NCBI GenBank assembly: GCA_973895155.1
Contig: OZ316894.1
Location: 19,568,805 to 19,632,804, forward strand
DNA length: 64,000 nt
From: Marsupella aquatica
Lineage: Eukaryota; Plantae; Marchantiophyta
Direction of reading: 5' to 3'
Shown one piece after another: positions 1-11,297 of this stretch. Within the stretch, counting starts at the first letter, position 1; each line of letters opens with the position of its first letter. A model generated the notes under the pieces. That model worked only from the letters and a program-made list of their open reading frames with translations, was not told where the DNA came from and did no database searches. A program made the position numbers and the translations under genes.

Positions 1-2559
1 TTCAGCTGCAATCTCGGACACCAGGAACATTGCGCATAGCAAAGACGAGGAACTTGAGGCGGTGATCCGCCTCCCCCTCTCCTCGCTCTTTCGCTTGCAA
101 GTCCTATTCTTCCTCGCGGATCATGGTATCGTTTGGATTTCTTGATGGCCTTGTGGTTCTCTACTGTACTTCGCCACTCGTCTCCGTTCCCACTCTGGCG
201 CCTAAGTTTGGGCCGAAAGAATTCTCATCTTTATCCAGGTGACAAAGGGAGTGCTGTGTCAACCCCTATGAAAAGATCGACTATTATTACCCCCATTGCT
301 TTGAATATCCATTGCCGAGGTGTCACCCAACCTCAAGCTGGTGGCACTTAAGTCGCTTGTCTTGACAATTCTTTAGTTTGTATACTTTGAAAGTCATTGA
401 ATCACCTGGTCGGATACCTGCGTTCATGCGTTGCACTTCTTTCTGCGACCATGGCTGGACTGTCATCCTACCTCCTATGTTCGAAACGGGAGTCGGCTTT
501 GCTTTTCTAACAACACAAAATGAGCCGGCGGCGAAGTTGAGAAAACGTGGTGAAATTTTGAATGTCGATTTAACAAGTTTGTGGCCTTTTGAGATCTTTT
601 CTTCACTCCATCATTTCTGGTTCTTTGTAGCCGTTGTCGTTTCTTGTAGCCGTAACTAAAATGAATCAAGGTTAGGAGCGAACTCACGTCGCACATACCT
701 TTTCTATACTAGTACTTCTTGTTCACTTGGCTACCAGTAAGTATATCATGATCATCTTCAGTTACTTGAATCCAGTTTCCCTTGGCAGGGCATTTCAATG
801 TTGACTGTTTTCTCTCACAACTGATAGAGCTTTCTGTAAAATGCCGTCCAAATCCCTGCAAAACGAATCTGGGTCTTCTCTACCAAAAATTGCTACAGCA
901 AAAGTATCCAGAGACGCCCCAAACATATTCTATATTGTGCAGACTTACAACAAATACAAACGGATCCTTGGGCGACAATCATTGCGACAATTGTGAATGT
1001 TGAACTGTAGTAATGCGAGACCACGCTAATTAGAATCGCGGTACAACAACAAATCAGAATACTTCAGCTCAGGGCTCAGTCATTATATAAGGGGTAGTGA
1101 ATGACATTTTACTAGGCGTCTAGAATAAACGACAGTCGTGTCACAATGGTCAAACGAGCATAATTATACGTTTTACTAGAATGATGTCGATCGTACAGTA
1201 CTCTTCAAATCACTTACCTCTGTGCCCTCTGTACAGTCCTTTCCAAATCACTCTCTCTCTGCCCACGTCTCCACTCCATGCAAACCATTCGAGTTCCAGA
1301 AGGCAAGCACCGGAACCAATTGGGAATGGACAAACGTCGAAGGCCACCAAACTTTTCTCTCGTCCCTAGAATCTTTCCACTCGCGAAGAGCAGGAGAATG
1401 ATGAAGAAATAACCGTACCGTACAAGCGGTGCAAGGAATAGTTGCCTTGCAGGGCAGATCTGTGACTGGCCTCGACTGGAATTCTGCTGAATGTAGGGTC
1501 ACTGGGTCCACAGGATAACCCGTAATTGAAGTCCCCACACGAATTCCAAAGCACGAAACATGCTCCACATTCTATCTCCTTTCTATAACCGGACAATCTG
1601 CAGCTCTCGCTCGTTCGCAGTCATGGCTTGAAGCAAGAAGAGAGACCGTAGTATGACTCCCACTCTCGCTCCCACTATTGATCGTTCTCCATTACTTCCG
1701 AATCTTGTCCTTCTAGCTCTGCTAAATTGGGTCATTCCTTTAGCAAAGGAAACCCTCGTTTACCGGACTCCACTGCTGATCCCTCTCAATTGCTTTCGAA
1801 TCCTGCCCTTCTAGCTCTGTTAGTTTGGGTCATTCCTTAACAATTACGGAAGCCCACCTTTACCGTGGTTCTTGTTGCTACCGTTCAAGAGAACCAAAAA
1901 AAAAACATGCCCTTCTGTTCTTCTTCATGTATTCATACTCTCACTGGTTGGCGATGTCCTTCAACTCTTTCCCTTCACAGAGAATCTTCGAAACTGGGCA
2001 GACCTCTCGTCTGCTGGCCTCCTTCTAGGGGCCGTGGACCGTAGAAATTGCAGACGCAATCGCCGAAATCGATATGGTCCGACACATATACTGCCGCCGA
2101 ATCGACCTGAAGAGGTTCCTACAATTGCAACCTTGTAGGAGTCTAGGACCGCATTTTTTCCAGTCAGAAATGGAATTCTGAAATTGACTGCAGTGCTTTT
2201 TTACTGACATGGGATTCTGAATTTGACCAGCAATAGGATGTAGTCAATGGTAGAGGATGCCAGGGCCAGTCTTGTAACGACAGCTGTTGCTCGACGCATA
2301 GGCATGAAGTGTAACGGCGAAACTGCTAGAGCTCTACGATTGCAGAATTTTGTCTGCCATGCAAACGAATGGAAGGATTGTGGACAGTGGCGGCCCAAAG
2401 CCTGATGAGAACGTGGGCTTGTGATGCCTTGGGCCTGGAGCTGGGCCTACAAAGGCCCAATTTAGGATGTCGGGGCTGTTCTTGTTCTATCGTATGGATT
2501 TGGTGGTGACTTCGGAAGTGGGTTAGGCACATTTCCATTTTATTCCATTTTACTGGTCA

Positions 2560-3060
2560 CTAAATGATGCTTTGGTACATATCACAGTCCCAAAGCAAAG
2601 CAACCCAAGGAAGGGGGGGGGGAAGGGAACTGAAGGCCCCAAGATGGCTAAAGAGGCCCCAAAAGCCAAGGAGTCCTAGAACCTACCAAGAGGCCTAAAA
2701 GACTAACACCTTACCCTGCTGAGAACTGAGAAGCCTGGTAGAGCTCCAGGGTAAACTACTTAGGAGGTCCCAAAATGGAATGTCTCTAGGGGCCCTAAAA
2801 CCAACTGTCTCGACTCTATGAAAGACAGTGAAATCCTGAGCACTCTGAGATGCACCGAAAGAAGGTGGTGAGGAGACATACCATGGGATAAGGCTGTCGA
2901 TCGCTCAACACAAAAAACCGCACAAGCCAGAAGGAAGGAGGAAGAGATAACCGCACGCTTGCTGTCGCACAAACAATGAGAAATAGAAAAAATTGTAGTT
3001 TGCAGAGCATAGATCATGGTCAGTCAGCTGTTGGATTTAAGCCACAGATCCCCTGCTAGT
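2560..3060 (-). pseudogene. Probable degenerate 3' fragment of a CRE-like non-LTR retrotransposon
   Basis: Minus-strand translation fragments LTTFFR..SAQ..TVFHRVETVG resemble the C-terminus of the intact ORF at 56100 (LTTHFRQRISVTLQRAQARAVYRRSLTVG); followed by a T-rich tail containing AATAAA. Frames are broken and boundaries approximate. Confidence 0.3.
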
Positions 3061-4599
3061 CAATTTGTGGATGACTTTACAAGAATTACACTACTTACCC
3101 ATTGCTTTCTTCTATTCCCTAGACGATTAAATCTGGACAGTACCATGAGTGGACATGGGTGCTTTACCTGAACTACTGTAGGGGGTCATTCACGCATGGT
3201 GTCTATCAATCATCCAATAAATGTGCCCAAGTAAATCCTTATTTTATCTGCCCTGCAATGAGCAGTCTACACAAGACAATTTTACATTGCCTCATAGTAA
3301 TCATAGTTTGTCTCGTTGTCTATTGTAGTCTACTTATACAGTCAACTCATGATTCGGAGAAGTTGTTAGCAGACTTTTGTTGGAGCTTAAGGTGAAATTA
3401 GTGACTGTGTATTGATTCCCATGGCGTAAGGTGCTGACTAGATTTGGAATGACACAAGCGTCGATTGAAGTAACTTTTCTACTTTGATGCTCTAGTTTTA
3501 GGATTGTCTGTCTTATTGTTTAATTTTGTCATATTAGACAAAACATACAGTTTTTTTTTGAACGTTTTAGAAGTCTGAGGGTGTGCTAGGAATTGGAATC
3601 AAGACACTAGAATAAAAGGAGTTTTGCTACTGTAATGCTCCAGTTCAAGCATGGAGTAATGAATGGTTGATAAGAATAAGAGAAAAATTCTCGTATCCTA
3701 ATTGACATAAATGTGGACGAACATTGGACCTAATTGGATCACCATCTATGTGCCCATTGAACCATCCAGCCAAGAAAAGAAGGACCTGATTACTGTGGAG
3801 CACATCATATCTTTGTTTTAGCTTGCCCTCAAATTTATGCTGGTAGCGCCCCCAAGAGCCTATTGGTTGGATATTGAAGATCAAAGTTTGGGGTGTTATT
3901 GTTTTGGAATCAAGTGAGAAGGATGTTAATGTGATACTGTAAAAGGTGTCAAATTCCAAGGAGGCTACATGGTTCACAGTGTAAACTAAGGGTGTCAAAG
4001 TCCAATGGGGTTGCATGGTTCATAGGCTCTAAGTTTCAACTCTCCAATGGAGTCTAAGTCAATTTTTACAGAAATCACAAATAAAAAATACACATTATCC
4101 ATGGCTGGGCCAGATGGCTTTGTTCACACAAGCCAAGTGTTTCATACTGAGTACCTTACGAAGAAAACGTCATCCATATCCACAGAGTTTCGAAATGAGA
4201 ATTGCTTGGCACATTATTCGAGAGGCCAGGTGTTGACACACATTTGTTTATGGTGACAGAGAATCTTCAACGTTCAAAGTAGAGTATTGCGAATTATGTC
4301 CAAATGACTTGCAAACTCTAATAATGGACATGTTGTAATTTGCCTCGTTCATTCAACCTAGCCTCTCAAGATCCCGCTTTAAATTTAAGTCACTTTTACA
4401 CCCAGAAAATGAACCATTCACCCAGAACATAAACCCAGACACATGTAGTTAAAATCATTAAACCACAACTCGGGGTATATAATGACCCCGAGCCCTGCCC
4501 GAGCGCGTGCCACTCTGCCCGCTGGGTCAGCGGCCAGTTCTCCCCCGGAGGACTAACCCGGCGTCAATAGGGCCCCCTCCCCATCAGCCCTAGAGCCCT

Positions 4600-5600
4600 C
4601 GGTTGCCCCTGTGAGCTGCTGCCTGCCTGCCTCGCCCTCGGCTGCCCCTGCGATCTGCTGCCTGCCTGCCTTGCCCTCCCCTCCTCCTACGAGCTGCTGC
4701 ATCCTCGGCCTCCTCTTGCGAGCTGCTGCTCTGCTTCTCTGCTGCATGTCTCTCCCTCTACCTTCGAGCTTATGGCTGCCATAGCCAGCCACTGACTGCC
4801 ATAGCCAGCCACTGACTGCCGCTGCTTGCTGCGCCCTTGGCTTCCCCTGCTTGTTGTGCAATCGGCTGCCCTTGCTCGCTTTTGCTCACTCCTCAGCTGT
4901 TGCTGAATCGATTTGCTACCAGCTGTTGCTCGTTGCTTCCTCGGCTGATGCTGCTTCAACTCGCTGCACCTTCAACTCGCTGCTGAAGCTCGCTGCTGAA
5001 GCTCGCTGCTGCCTCGTTGCTGCCTCGGCTGTTGCTGCCTCGGCTGAAGGTCGCTGCTGCCTCACTGCTGCCTTGGCTGTTGCTGCTGAAGCTGAAGGTC
5101 GCTGCTTCAACTCACTGCACCCTCCCAGCTGAATGTGTGCCCTTCGACCTTACGGCTGCCATAGCCAGCCACTATCTGCCGCTGCTTATTGCGCCCTCGG
5201 CTGCCCCTGCTTGTTGTGCCATCGGCTGCCCTTGCTCGCTTTTGCTCACTCCTCGGTGTTGCTGAATCGATTTGCTACCGGTTGTTGCTTGTTGCTTCTT
5301 CGGCTGATGCTGCTTCAACTCGCTGCACCTTCTACTTGCTGCTAAAGCTCGCTGCTGCCTCAGCTGTTGCTCCCTTGGCTGTTGCTCCCTTGGCTGAAGC
5401 TCGCTGCTGCCTCGGCTGTTGCTGCTGAAGCTGAAGCTTGCTGCTTCAACTCGCATCTTCCTCCCAGCTGAAAGTGTGCCCCGAATTGTTGTTGCCTCGG
5501 TCCAAGCTCGCTGATCCTGCTGAAGCTTGCTCGCTGCTGCCTTGGTTTCCCTCACCAACCTAGATCGCTCCTGAAGCTTGCTCGCTGCTGCAGGTCAAGG
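4600..5600. repeat. GCT-rich low-complexity region with a ~360-bp internal duplication (left arm of the Kolobok element)
   Basis: Block starting CTGCCATAGCCAGCCACT at ~4796 recurs at ~5156 with long near-identity; many GCTGCT/GAAGCTCGCT motifs. Confidence 0.8.
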
Positions 5601-6115
5601 GTCGCTCGCTCCATTCCTCAAGCTCCTTGTTCATGTCATTGTGCCCACATTCAACGTTGAGGATAGAGGTGTTTTTCCAGCTTCAGGTTCACCAGGGAAG
5701 CTCCAACTCGCTGGTCTTTTCTCCTCCTTGTTTACATTGTATAACATTCGATTAGGAGTCTGTTGATCTCGGCCTCATTGTGCTGTTGCGAGTTGGTAGC
5801 CCTTTTGCCCGAGTTTGTGTTGGGTTTTTTTGCTGCTGCTGCGAGCTGAGGCATTTCTACTGGAGTTTCAACTACGATTTTGTTGCTGTTACTCTCAGTC
5901 TCACTGTACTCTCAGTCTCCACTGACAGTGATTTTCTGGGCTCTTGACATCCATTTTGGCTCACATCCACGTTTGAGCGAACTTCCTAATCAAATTTGCT
6001 AGCGAATTTCTTCTCTGCTGCCATATTGTGATTGCCATGTCAAGTTTCGAGCAATATGAGAATGTTGGGCAGCAACAGCATATGTGATATGTGACTGTTG
6101 CATTTTATCAGGAAC

Positions 6116-6514
6116 ATGGCACCAATTAGAAAGCTGAGAGCCACATTGACTGAACGTGACAATGGGAGCTACATCTTGAGTTGGCAGGATCCTACTGATG
6201 TTGACAATGCTCCACCCGTTGTCCGGATTGTTACATTGGAACAAGTCCAAGCTACATTTCCAGAGTTCTGTACTACAATTTCAGAGTGTCATGTGGATCT
6301 CAATCCTGCAGTCCCGATTGAACAGTTTATCATGTGCGCAGCATACAGTTATGCTGAAACTGTCATGAGAAGGAAAAGATATCAGGTCTACACTCACTTG
6401 GCTTATGTAGCTGGGTTTTCTGATAGAACCAAGTTTCCCGAAGCTGTTGAAGCTTGTGTGAAGGCAACTTGGCATGATGAAGGGGAGGAATTTGTAGGAT
6501 TTATCCCAAATTAG
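6116..6514 (+). CDS. KolX-like accessory protein (P2X7 cytoplasmic ballast C-terminal homology), 132 aa
   Basis: ATG at 6116 follows a TTTTATCAG acceptor. The C-terminus RRKRYQVYTHLAYVAGFSDRTKFPEAVEACVKATWHDEGEEFVGF matches the KolX/P2X7 pattern RyxaYrxf..xG...RxxiPsCvxxxIrxxfPxxxGxYxGF. Convergent with the transposase inside the element. Confidence 0.7.
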   Translation: MAPIRKLRATLTERDNGSYILSWQDPTDVDNAPPVVRIVTLEQVQATFPEFCTTISECHVDLNPAVPIEQFIMCAAYSYAETVMRRKRYQVYTHLAYVAGFSDRTKFPEAVEACVKATWHDEGEEFVGFIPN

Positions 6515-6594
6515 GAGTAGATAGGCTTCTGCTATGTTTCACTGTTGTTTGAAATATTTGTGAAGAGCTACTAATAAACTTTTTGCAGAGTATA

Positions 6595-6641
6595 ACTCCT
6601 GCTGGTTGGCAGCGGAAGGGGTTCAATTCCCCTTGGGAGTA
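6595..6641 (+). ncRNA. tRNA-like (anticodon-less, mascRNA-like) structure, copy 1
   Basis: ACTCCT/GGGAGT acceptor-like stem, GCTG-GTTGG-CAGC D-like arm, AAGGGG-TTCAATT-CCCCTT T-arm containing B-box GGTTCAATTCC, discriminator A. Expression not shown. Confidence 0.55.
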
Positions 6642-6652
6642 CATGCAATAGA

Positions 6653-6699
6653 ACTCCTGCTGGTTGGCAGCAGAAGGGGTTCAATTCCCCTTGGGAGTA
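6653..6699 (+). ncRNA. tRNA-like (anticodon-less, mascRNA-like) structure, copy 2
   Basis: Tandem copy at a 58-bp period; the only change (G to A) is in the unpaired linker between the D-like arm and the T-arm. Confidence 0.55.
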
Positions 6700-6850
6700 C
6701 ATGCATTACAATACCATAAAAGTTCACTTGGGATGTGTCCATATTCAATGAAACCAAAATGAACAAGGTTGCCAAAGGGACTCAAATGATTACTACCTCT
6801 CAAAGCTGTTTTTTGTTGTCATATGTCATTCAATAACCACAAACTTTACT

Positions 6851-7275
6851 CATTCCCTCACTTGGTTCAAGTCCTAAAGTTTTATCATTCCCTCACTTGG
6901 TGGTCAAGTTATAAGATTGTCTGGCCACGGTATGAAAAAACTTGACAAATTTTTTTTTATAAAAGTGTGAAAAGTTATGAACTTTTCACATTCACTCACT
7001 TGGTGCTAAGGTTATAAGATTTTTTGGGCCACGGCATGAAAAAACCAAACTACAAAGATAATCATTCCCTCACTTGGTGCTCAAGTTATAAGAGTTTTTG
7101 GGCCACAACATGAAAAAACAAGACTACAAAGATAATTTATAAAAGTGTGAAAATTTGGCATAGCACTCCAGGTGTTTGTAATAGTGTACCCCCCCAAGCA
7201 GGTTTGCTAACCCTACCCAAAAAGGTTGGAATACAAGTGGTTTGCTAACCCTATCCAAAAGGGTGGAATACAAGT
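6851..7275. repeat. Degenerate tandem repeats between the convergent Kolobok genes
   Basis: CATTC(C/A)CTCACTTGGT at 6851, 6886, 6989 and 7063; three copies continue GTTATAAGA..TGG(G)CCAC. A separate ~38-bp duplication GGTTTGCTAACCCTA..GGAATACAAGT lies at ~7201-7275. Confidence 0.8.
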
Positions 7276-7616
7276 CATGCCAAGTCTCAGCCCTCCTCAA
7301 GGAATCACCCCTGCAATAGTAAACAATAAATTAGAATTGAGGTACACAAAATGATAAACTTTCACACTACAATGAATTGTTTCCAAAAAGATTGAGTCAC
7401 AACTTTTCACTTACCTGAGGTATGTTAGCTGAGGTCATATATGGAGGTGTGACTCCATATGTATGCTGACCTTATATAGAGACACTACTTGGGTGGTAAT
7501 GTTTGAGCAACCAGGATCATCCTGCAAAAAAAACTCATTGTAATTAGAATTACCATGAGCATAGAGTTTCCTTACATTTTATGTTGGCAATCATATTTAT
7601 AGAGCAGTGTGTTACC

Positions 7617-10600
7617 TCATGGACAAGTCACACCATAAATGCGTTCACTTGTTGCTTCCTTCCAACTCATGGTCCGGTCCACCAATACTCGTGTTCGAGG
7701 AGGGCGCTCCCTCACAGCAGTGTTCACAGGTGTGCGATTGTATACCTTCCAGACATGTCTTCTGATATTCTCGTTCCAATCCATGGCAGCACAACTCAAA
7801 CGGGCCTCATGACTGGCTGAGAAATGAATGCGCTTGGTCGCATACTTGCCCATCACGGAATGGTAGGTCTCTGACATGAAATTCTCTCGGGCCATGGTAT
7901 AAAACCTCATCTTCGCGGGAGTAATATATTTTCTCATGAACTTTTGCATGGCCTTATGAGTCTCTCCACCTACATATACAAAAAGTCATAAAATATCAAC
8001 GATGCTAACCTAAGTTATAACTCACATTAAAATTGCATAATTAGTAAAAGATTTACCATTCTCATAGTAATGGTCAACTTGGATGGCTCCAGGCTCTCCA
8101 AGAGATGCTGACAAGGCCGGTCAGATAGTCCTGCACATAATCTGTGATCCCCGGCCCAATGATCACCACAGTTGCCAAATTCGAAAGCCAAGGATGCAGC
8201 ATCTCCACCACTGCATAATGAACATTGAAAGTTGTTACTTTTGTCAAAACTAAATCATCACATCTGCAACAATTACTACACTTGGATATGTAAAAGCCAA
8301 GAAGTCACACCATATTAGCACTATGCATGTACCTGTTCTTACACCAACGACAACATACGTAGAACCATGTCTTCAACTTTGTGGCAATGTTGTGCTGAGA
8401 CAACTCTGGGTACTTGAGGCCACGTGTCGGAATATGTACTAGTTCTCCAGGAGGCAGCCCACGCATGTCACCTACTTTATGGATGAGTGCTTCCTTCCTA
8501 AGAGTAGAGTACCCTCTCACTCCCCTACTCTTCAACCAATCCTGTAACTTCTTAGCTGTGACTGCTTGCAACTCAGAACGAGATGCAACAGTGTCAATGT
8601 CAATGGTCACAGTGTAGGTTGCTCTCACCATCTTCTCCACAAACTTCTTGATGAGATTTTTGGTCTTATGCCACAAGTCTTTCTGGTTCCTAATCCCCAT
8701 GTCCTCCACAATATTATCAATAGTGGCTTTGTCATCATGGATAACCTCCGTGATAGAGATCCCTCCCTCTCTCAAATTTTCCAATGCTCTTTCAGTACCC
8801 TTGTCCTCCATGTGCCAAGCATTTCTCTCCTCCCTCCTAGTAATTGTCACCATTTCAATTACCCTATTATCGTCAACATTGAGGATAGAGGTGGTACCAT
8901 GAAAACCGCTCCGAGAAGAATCCCATCGAGTATCTAAGTACACTAGTAACCCAGGGTCTGTCATAAACAAAGCACACACACACATGCACTATATATGAGA
9001 AACAGATCAACTAAAACTTTGGCTAGAAGAGCATGGTCCTTGAATACCCCAAAAAGCTGAAGGACCTAAAACAGATAATTACTTACCAAGCTCAGTTGCT
9101 CGCCGCTGCTGAATATCATCCTTCAACTGCTGCCACATGTGCCTTTTATTTTCTTCCCATTGTGCCTTCACAGCTGCTATCCATCCACCACGAGGTCGGC
9201 CACGACCACTCTGAAAATCATGCCAATGAGCTGCTGTAGGAACATGTAAACCAAGATGTGCAGCAACAGCAGCCAAAGACGTATAGGTGAGGCCAGCGCA
9301 AAGGGTGGAATGATACAGCTGGGGGGTAATCATAGGAGAACTCCTCCCAGGCTCATTGTCACCCGTAACAAAAGTCCAGCCATGGCCATCCTCTCCACAA
9401 CCAATGTGAATCGACCACAACTGATGCAACTCCCTCACTCGTTGAACCCTTGGACTCCTAGAACATCCATGTATATGACACCGAGGGAGTAGCCTATCAA
9501 CAAAAGTAGCCAACAAGTTGCGATCAAAAAATGCTACCCTAGCAGGTTGACGAGGCGTTGCTCTACGAGTCGGGACAAGGTCCGGAGGCTGTGATGGCTG
9601 AGAATCAGGGATATGAGACTCGTGTGAGTCTGTTTGTGCTGGTGGCCGAGGCCCAATATCTGATGATGGCTGAGAATCAGGTGCAATGAATGGCTCCTGG
9701 TAGAAGAAGCCCACATACATATATCAAAAATTGTTATTCAGAAATTTGGAATTTGTACAGGGAAAGGCAAGGAGAGTGTCAAAGGGAGGGGGGGGGGGGG
9801 GGTCAAACCTGAAAGGTATCCTCATTCCCAACGTTGTTAGCTCCTAAAGCTGTAAGAGACTCCGGATCATCATCTCGGTAAATGGCATCATCTTCTGCGT
9901 CTGATCCGTATTGCTCGGCAATATGCTCCTCCAAAACTACATCCTGCTCAAGAGGTGAATCCCATCCATCCTAGAAACAATGTGGGGATTATAGAATAAT
10001 TAGTACCCTCAAATATGATTTTACCTAAACCATAAACTTCAAGGGACTAAAAACAATTGCTGTTGGTCCTTGGGTATTGAAGTTATTTTGTTGAAAGACC
10101 CAAAAACCTGAACCCAAAGGCATGACTCACATTATGGAATGCACCCATCACCATATTCATTAAAAGTGTATTTTATTTTGTTCACTTTTAGGCCTCGAAA
10201 TGTACACTTTTTGGTCTCTAAATGTACACTTTTTAACCCCAAAAGGTATATTATAGTACAATACTCTACACCTAAATAGTCAATTGTAAACTTGAGGGAG
10301 AAAAAATGATCTTTACTAGAAGGAGTCTCATCCTAGTTCATTTATAAAAGATGAACATGGTGGTATGTCTGATGGCCATCACTTTTATTTCTTGCCCAAA
10401 TGTACACTTTTTGAAAGCCAAATGTACACTTTCTATTGCCCAAATGTTCACAAATTGAATAATAATTCACTTTTAATGAATAGATTGATGACCCTTGTTT
10501 GGTTACTACAATGCTGCATAACATAACAAAATAAAGAAACTATGATTCACTCTATTTGTAAGGGGAGAGTACTATGTGCTTGTTGGTATGGTGGTTTATA

Positions 10601-11297
10601 ATGTGTGGACATTGGTAGTCACAGTTTATGCAAGTATTGGACAATGTGTTCTTGTTGCTATTTACCAGGGCCTTTGTTATTGCTTGACATATAGATTATA
10701 ATGTGTGGACAGTACCCTAATTTTGTTTACTATTTCACTTGTGGTTTATTAGGACAAATATTTGAGTACCCTGATATTTGTTACTATAAATAAGAACCTA
10801 TATATTTTTGTTTCTGCCCATTATGCATAGTTGACATAAGTACCATCAGCGTGAGTAAAAACAAATAATGATAAAATGGGCAAATGCTAAGTGAATGAAA
10901 GAAGGTATCCACATACCTGACGTGGTGGTCGTGAAGGCTGACCCATGTGCTGCTCACTAGTGGGCGATGGTTGTGCCTCGGGCCCAATTGGAGCTGCCTC
11001 TGACGCTCGCCATACCCAAAGCTCCTGAATTGTCGGTCGCGCACGATCAAGTAACCATGTGACAACAGTGGAGTGTGTGGTATCCTGTCCAAGTAGAGCT
11101 CTAAGGTCCTCCCACTCATCCCACCGATCTAGTGGGACCCGGATTTCGGGCTTGGCATCCGGTCTCCTCCTTTTCTTGTAGTCTATGTCATCACTCGGAT
11201 ACCGCTGTCTTGGTGGACCACCTCCCCGGGGGGGGGGGGGGGGGGGGGCGTTTCCGCCTCCCATCCGGAAGAGGGGGGGATGGCCCGCCGCACTCAT
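7617..11297 (-). CDS. Kolobok-type DDE transposase, spliced. Predicted exons 11297-10917, 9970-9809, 9696-9087, 8957-8333, 8210-8057, ~7969-7617
   Basis: Motifs YLDTRWDSSRSG (D1), ITEVIHDD (D2), QKDLWHKTKNL, HWAGDH..C..CQH and SETYHSVMGKYATKRIHFS..EARL..AAMDWNEN (E) match Kolobok/Mutator-like catalytic cores. GT-AG junctions keep frame for exons 1-5; the last junction appears 1 nt out of phase. Confidence 0.8.

Noticed and set aside
4553-5558. Several Ala/Gln/Leu-rich ORFs on both strands
   Set aside because: By-products of the GCT-rich repeat; no domain signature.
6595-6699. Canonical tRNA genes
   Set aside because: No anticodon arm and only 47 nt long; kept as tRNA-like structures instead.
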